A DNA stretch of 6,937 nucleotides, taken from IMG/VR virus record IMGVR_UViG_2617270978_000007. One strand, 5' to 3'. Below are positions 5,382 through 6,937 of this stretch, in pieces (position 1 is the first letter of the stretch; each line of letters opens with the position of its first letter). The DNA comes from a virus. Taxonomy: Duplodnaviria > Heunggongvirae > Uroviricota > Caudoviricetes. The notes beneath the pieces were generated by a model. It was given only the letters and a program-made list of their open reading frames with translations, made no database searches and had not been told where the DNA came from. The position numbers were made by a program, and so were the translations under genes.

Positions 5382-5816
5382 TTACTTTAGATATTGTGCA
5401 GACAAATTAGGATCCCATTCATTTTCGTCAAAATCATCAAAGTGATGAATTTGTGATCTCCAGTCTCGATAATCTAAAAATTTCTGGGCGGTTACGCTTA
5501 TTTTATCAAGTGTGAGTTCATCCTGAATTGAAAGAAGAAGTTCATCAAATTTCATCTCATTAATCTGTTTTGGCATCCAGTGATGCTTCATCAGAATAAG
5601 GTGAACCAGAGCCTTTTTCCCATTCAACTGATTATAGGGAGTGCCGAATTTCTTCCGGTGCTCATGTAAGACAAGATCCAGAAGAGTAAGTAATGTTGCC
5701 CTTGATTCCACTTTGCTTATTTCGACTGATGACACTATCCCACTGATTTCAATGCCCCGATACTTTCCAACATTTTCACAGTGGGATTTGTACAACGTGT
5801 AGATATTACCGGACAT
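5382..5816 (-). CDS. Hypothetical protein (144 aa), orphan accessory gene antisense to the early-left direction
   Basis: ORF-track ORF; ATG at 5816..5814 preceded by AAGGAAA SD-like sequence. Acidic C-terminus (HHFDDFDENEWDPN), no obvious TM segment, no recognised domain. Flanked by direct repeats upstream (5832..5883) and a - strand terminator downstream (5122..5145). Confidence 0.62.
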   Translation of the reverse strand: MSGNIYTLYKSHCENVGKYRGIEISGIVSSVEISKVESRATLLTLLDLVLHEHRKKFGTPYNQLNGKKALVHLILMKHHWMPKQINEMKFDELLLSIQDELTLDKISVTAQKFLDYRDWRSQIHHFDDFDENEWDPNLSAQYLK

Positions 5817-5831
5817 TTCTTTTCCTTTTGC

Positions 5832-5883
5832 GTTGTTGGGGATAACCAGATTAACCGAATCCTTGTTGTTGGGGAATAACCAG
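5832..5883. repeat. Two direct repeats GTTGTTGGGGATAACCAG (5832..5849) and GTTGTTGGGGAATAACCAG (5865..5883) in the upstream region of the 144-aa gene
   Basis: Directly visible 18/19-bp repeat with one inserted A, 33 bp start-to-start, 16 to 67 bp upstream of the 144-aa gene start on the - strand. Shares GTTGTTGG with the OL palindrome region (4998..5005). The - strand reading contains TTATCCCCA, one mismatch from a DnaA box (TTATCCACA). Confidence 0.5.
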
Positions 5884-6104
5884 GTCCACCTCGCCTGATG
5901 TGGCTAAAAGCAGGCACATAACAGCTAAGTATTTTCAACCAGAGAGAATCCTTAGAGTTGTGGTGAATGCGCAGGCTGATGCGCGAAAGACATTGCAGCT
6001 ATTGCGGAAAAGAGCTGTTCGGCGGGGCAATTAAACGCCCGTGAGAGTCTGAAATAACCGCAAGCCGGAGATCAGCACCGGTCACCACAACAGCCACTGC
6101 TTTG

Positions 6105-6150
6105 GCGGTACCAGTTTGTACACTTGCTTCCGGCTGGTACCGCTCTTTTT
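6105..6150 (+). terminator. Hairpin with perfect 10-bp stem (GCGGTACCAG / CTGGTACCGC) followed by TCTTTTT; candidate intrinsic terminator or antitermination element overlapping a boxA-like CGCTCTTTTTACAAAAC
   Basis: Stem arms at 6105..6114 and 6134..6143, 19-nt loop, T-run at 6144..6150. The sequence CGCTCTTTTTACAAAAC at 6141..6157 resembles boxA. Located about 140 nt upstream of the 6288 gene start. Confidence 0.45.
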
Positions 6151-6239
6151 ACAAAACAGAGAAGAGCATCACCGGACGACGGGCTCATAACCCAATCCAT
6201 CCGGGCGGCTGCCACCGCAGGTGTTCTTCTCTGTTTTGT
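6151..6239 (+). repeat. 15-bp perfect inverted repeat (ACAAAACAGAGAAGA at 6151..6165; TCTTCTCTGTTTTGT at 6225..6239) flanking a 59-bp GC-rich spacer, in the leader of the downstream gene
   Basis: Directly visible. Arms are exact reverse complements and would form a long-range RNA stem or a symmetric protein-binding site. It ends about 50 nt upstream of the ATG at 6288. Confidence 0.55.
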
Positions 6240-6287
6240 GGAGAAACCAACCGACCTTGCAGGGTCGATATGATGAGGAGCAGCAAA

Positions 6288-6650
6288 ATGGCTAGCGTAC
6301 GCAGTACTGATGTGCAGGTATTTATCGTAGAACTGGACGGCGGCGTATTTGAAACCAAACTCGGCGCAGTTCTCAGTGAAGTCGCTTCCGGTGTGATGAA
6401 CACGAAAAACAAAGGTAAAGTCTCGGTCAATCTGGACATCGAACCGTTTGATGAGAACCGTGTGAAAATCAAACACAAACTCTCATATGTTCGCCCGACT
6501 AACCGCGGGAAAATTTCCGAAGAAGACACCACCGAAACGCCGATGTATGTCAATCGAGGTGGTCGCCTGACTATTCTGCAGGAAGACCAGGGACAATTAC
6601 TGACTCTTGCCGGTGAACCTGACGGAAAACTCCGCGCAGCAGGTCATTAA
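6288..6650 (+). CDS. Hypothetical early-left prophage protein (120 aa)
   Basis: ATG at 6288 with GAGGAG SD at 6275..6280 (7-nt spacer); MASVRSTDVQVFIVELDGGVFETKLGAVL.... The ORF-track start at 6102 would place the hairpin and inverted repeat inside the coding region and has no SD. Resembles, from memory only, small conserved early proteins of CPS-53-like prophages. Confidence 0.7.
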   Translation: MASVRSTDVQVFIVELDGGVFETKLGAVLSEVASGVMNTKNKGKVSVNLDIEPFDENRVKIKHKLSYVRPTNRGKISEEDTTETPMYVNRGGRLTILQEDQGQLLTLAGEPDGKLRAAGH

Positions 6651-6715
6651 TATCGTTCTTAATTAACTGATTATTTATCTCATCACTGAATATCTTAATA
6701 TAGTGAGGACTTATT

Positions 6716-6937
6716 ATGTCTCAGAACTTAGACGCAACCGCAATTAATCAAATCCATGCCCTTATTTCTGCTCAGGGTGTTAATGAAATTATCAGTAAGA
6801 TTGGTGCCGATGCTGTGGCATTGCCTGAGAATTTCCGCATTCATGATCTGGAAAAATTTAATTTAAATCGCTTCCGTTTCCGTGGTGCGCTTTCCACTGC
6901 CAGCATCGATGACTTTACCCGTTATTCTAAAGATCTT
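6716..6937 (+). CDS. Hypothetical prophage protein, 5' 74 codons only; continues beyond the window end
   Basis: ATG at 6716 with GAGGA SD at 6705..6709 (6-nt spacer); open in frame to the last base of the window ([74 protein letters not shown]). Not in the ORF track because it has no stop. Confidence 0.65.

Noticed and set aside
5735-5938. 67-aa - strand ORF overlapping the 144-aa gene start and the direct repeats
   Set aside because: Alternative frame over a better-supported gene start and repeat-containing upstream region.
6072-6553. - strand ORFs 6072..6476 and 6185..6553, and the N-terminal extension of the + strand ORF from 6102
   Set aside because: Antisense or upstream extensions of the 6288 gene that would bury the hairpin and 15-bp inverted repeat in coding sequence; none has an SD, while the ATG at 6288 has GAGGAG at ideal spacing.
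1-6937. CRISPR arrays, tRNA/rRNA genes, IS elements and LexA (SOS) boxes
   Set aside because: No regularly spaced direct repeats with unique spacers, no tRNA-like cloverleaf candidates, no terminal inverted repeats flanking a transposase-like ORF, and no CTGT-N8-ACAG match found by eye.

Overview
This window looks like the immunity and early-regulatory region of a lambdoid enterobacterial prophage, with a gene layout reminiscent of Rac/CPS-53-type prophages (from memory, not searched). The core is a divergent switch: a CI-like repressor on the + strand (3379..4065) and a Cro-like gene on the - strand (2995..3243), separated by a 135-bp operator/promoter region. Leftward from cro runs an early-right operon on the - strand, with each gene junction overlapping by 4 nt (ATGA/GTGA): a CII/YdaT-like regulator, a Rha-family ORF, two small hypotheticals and a replication initiation gene that runs off the window start. 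Right of the repressor are two accessory genes on the - strand, opposite to the expected early-left transcription. The first is a 296-aa protein with four TerB-like repeats fused to a C-terminal BRCT domain, overlapping the repressor 3' end convergently by 18 bp. The second is a 144-aa orphan with its own direct-repeat upstream region and intrinsic terminator. Between and beyond them lie an OL-like operator/promoter, two boxA-like sequences each preceded by a hairpin, a 15-bp perfect inverted repeat, and two + strand genes, the second running off the window end. The TerB-BRCT gene, possibly together with the 144-aa orphan, is the best candidate for an undescribed prophage-encoded exclusion or defence function. 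All domain calls come from reading motifs by eye; no database search was run.
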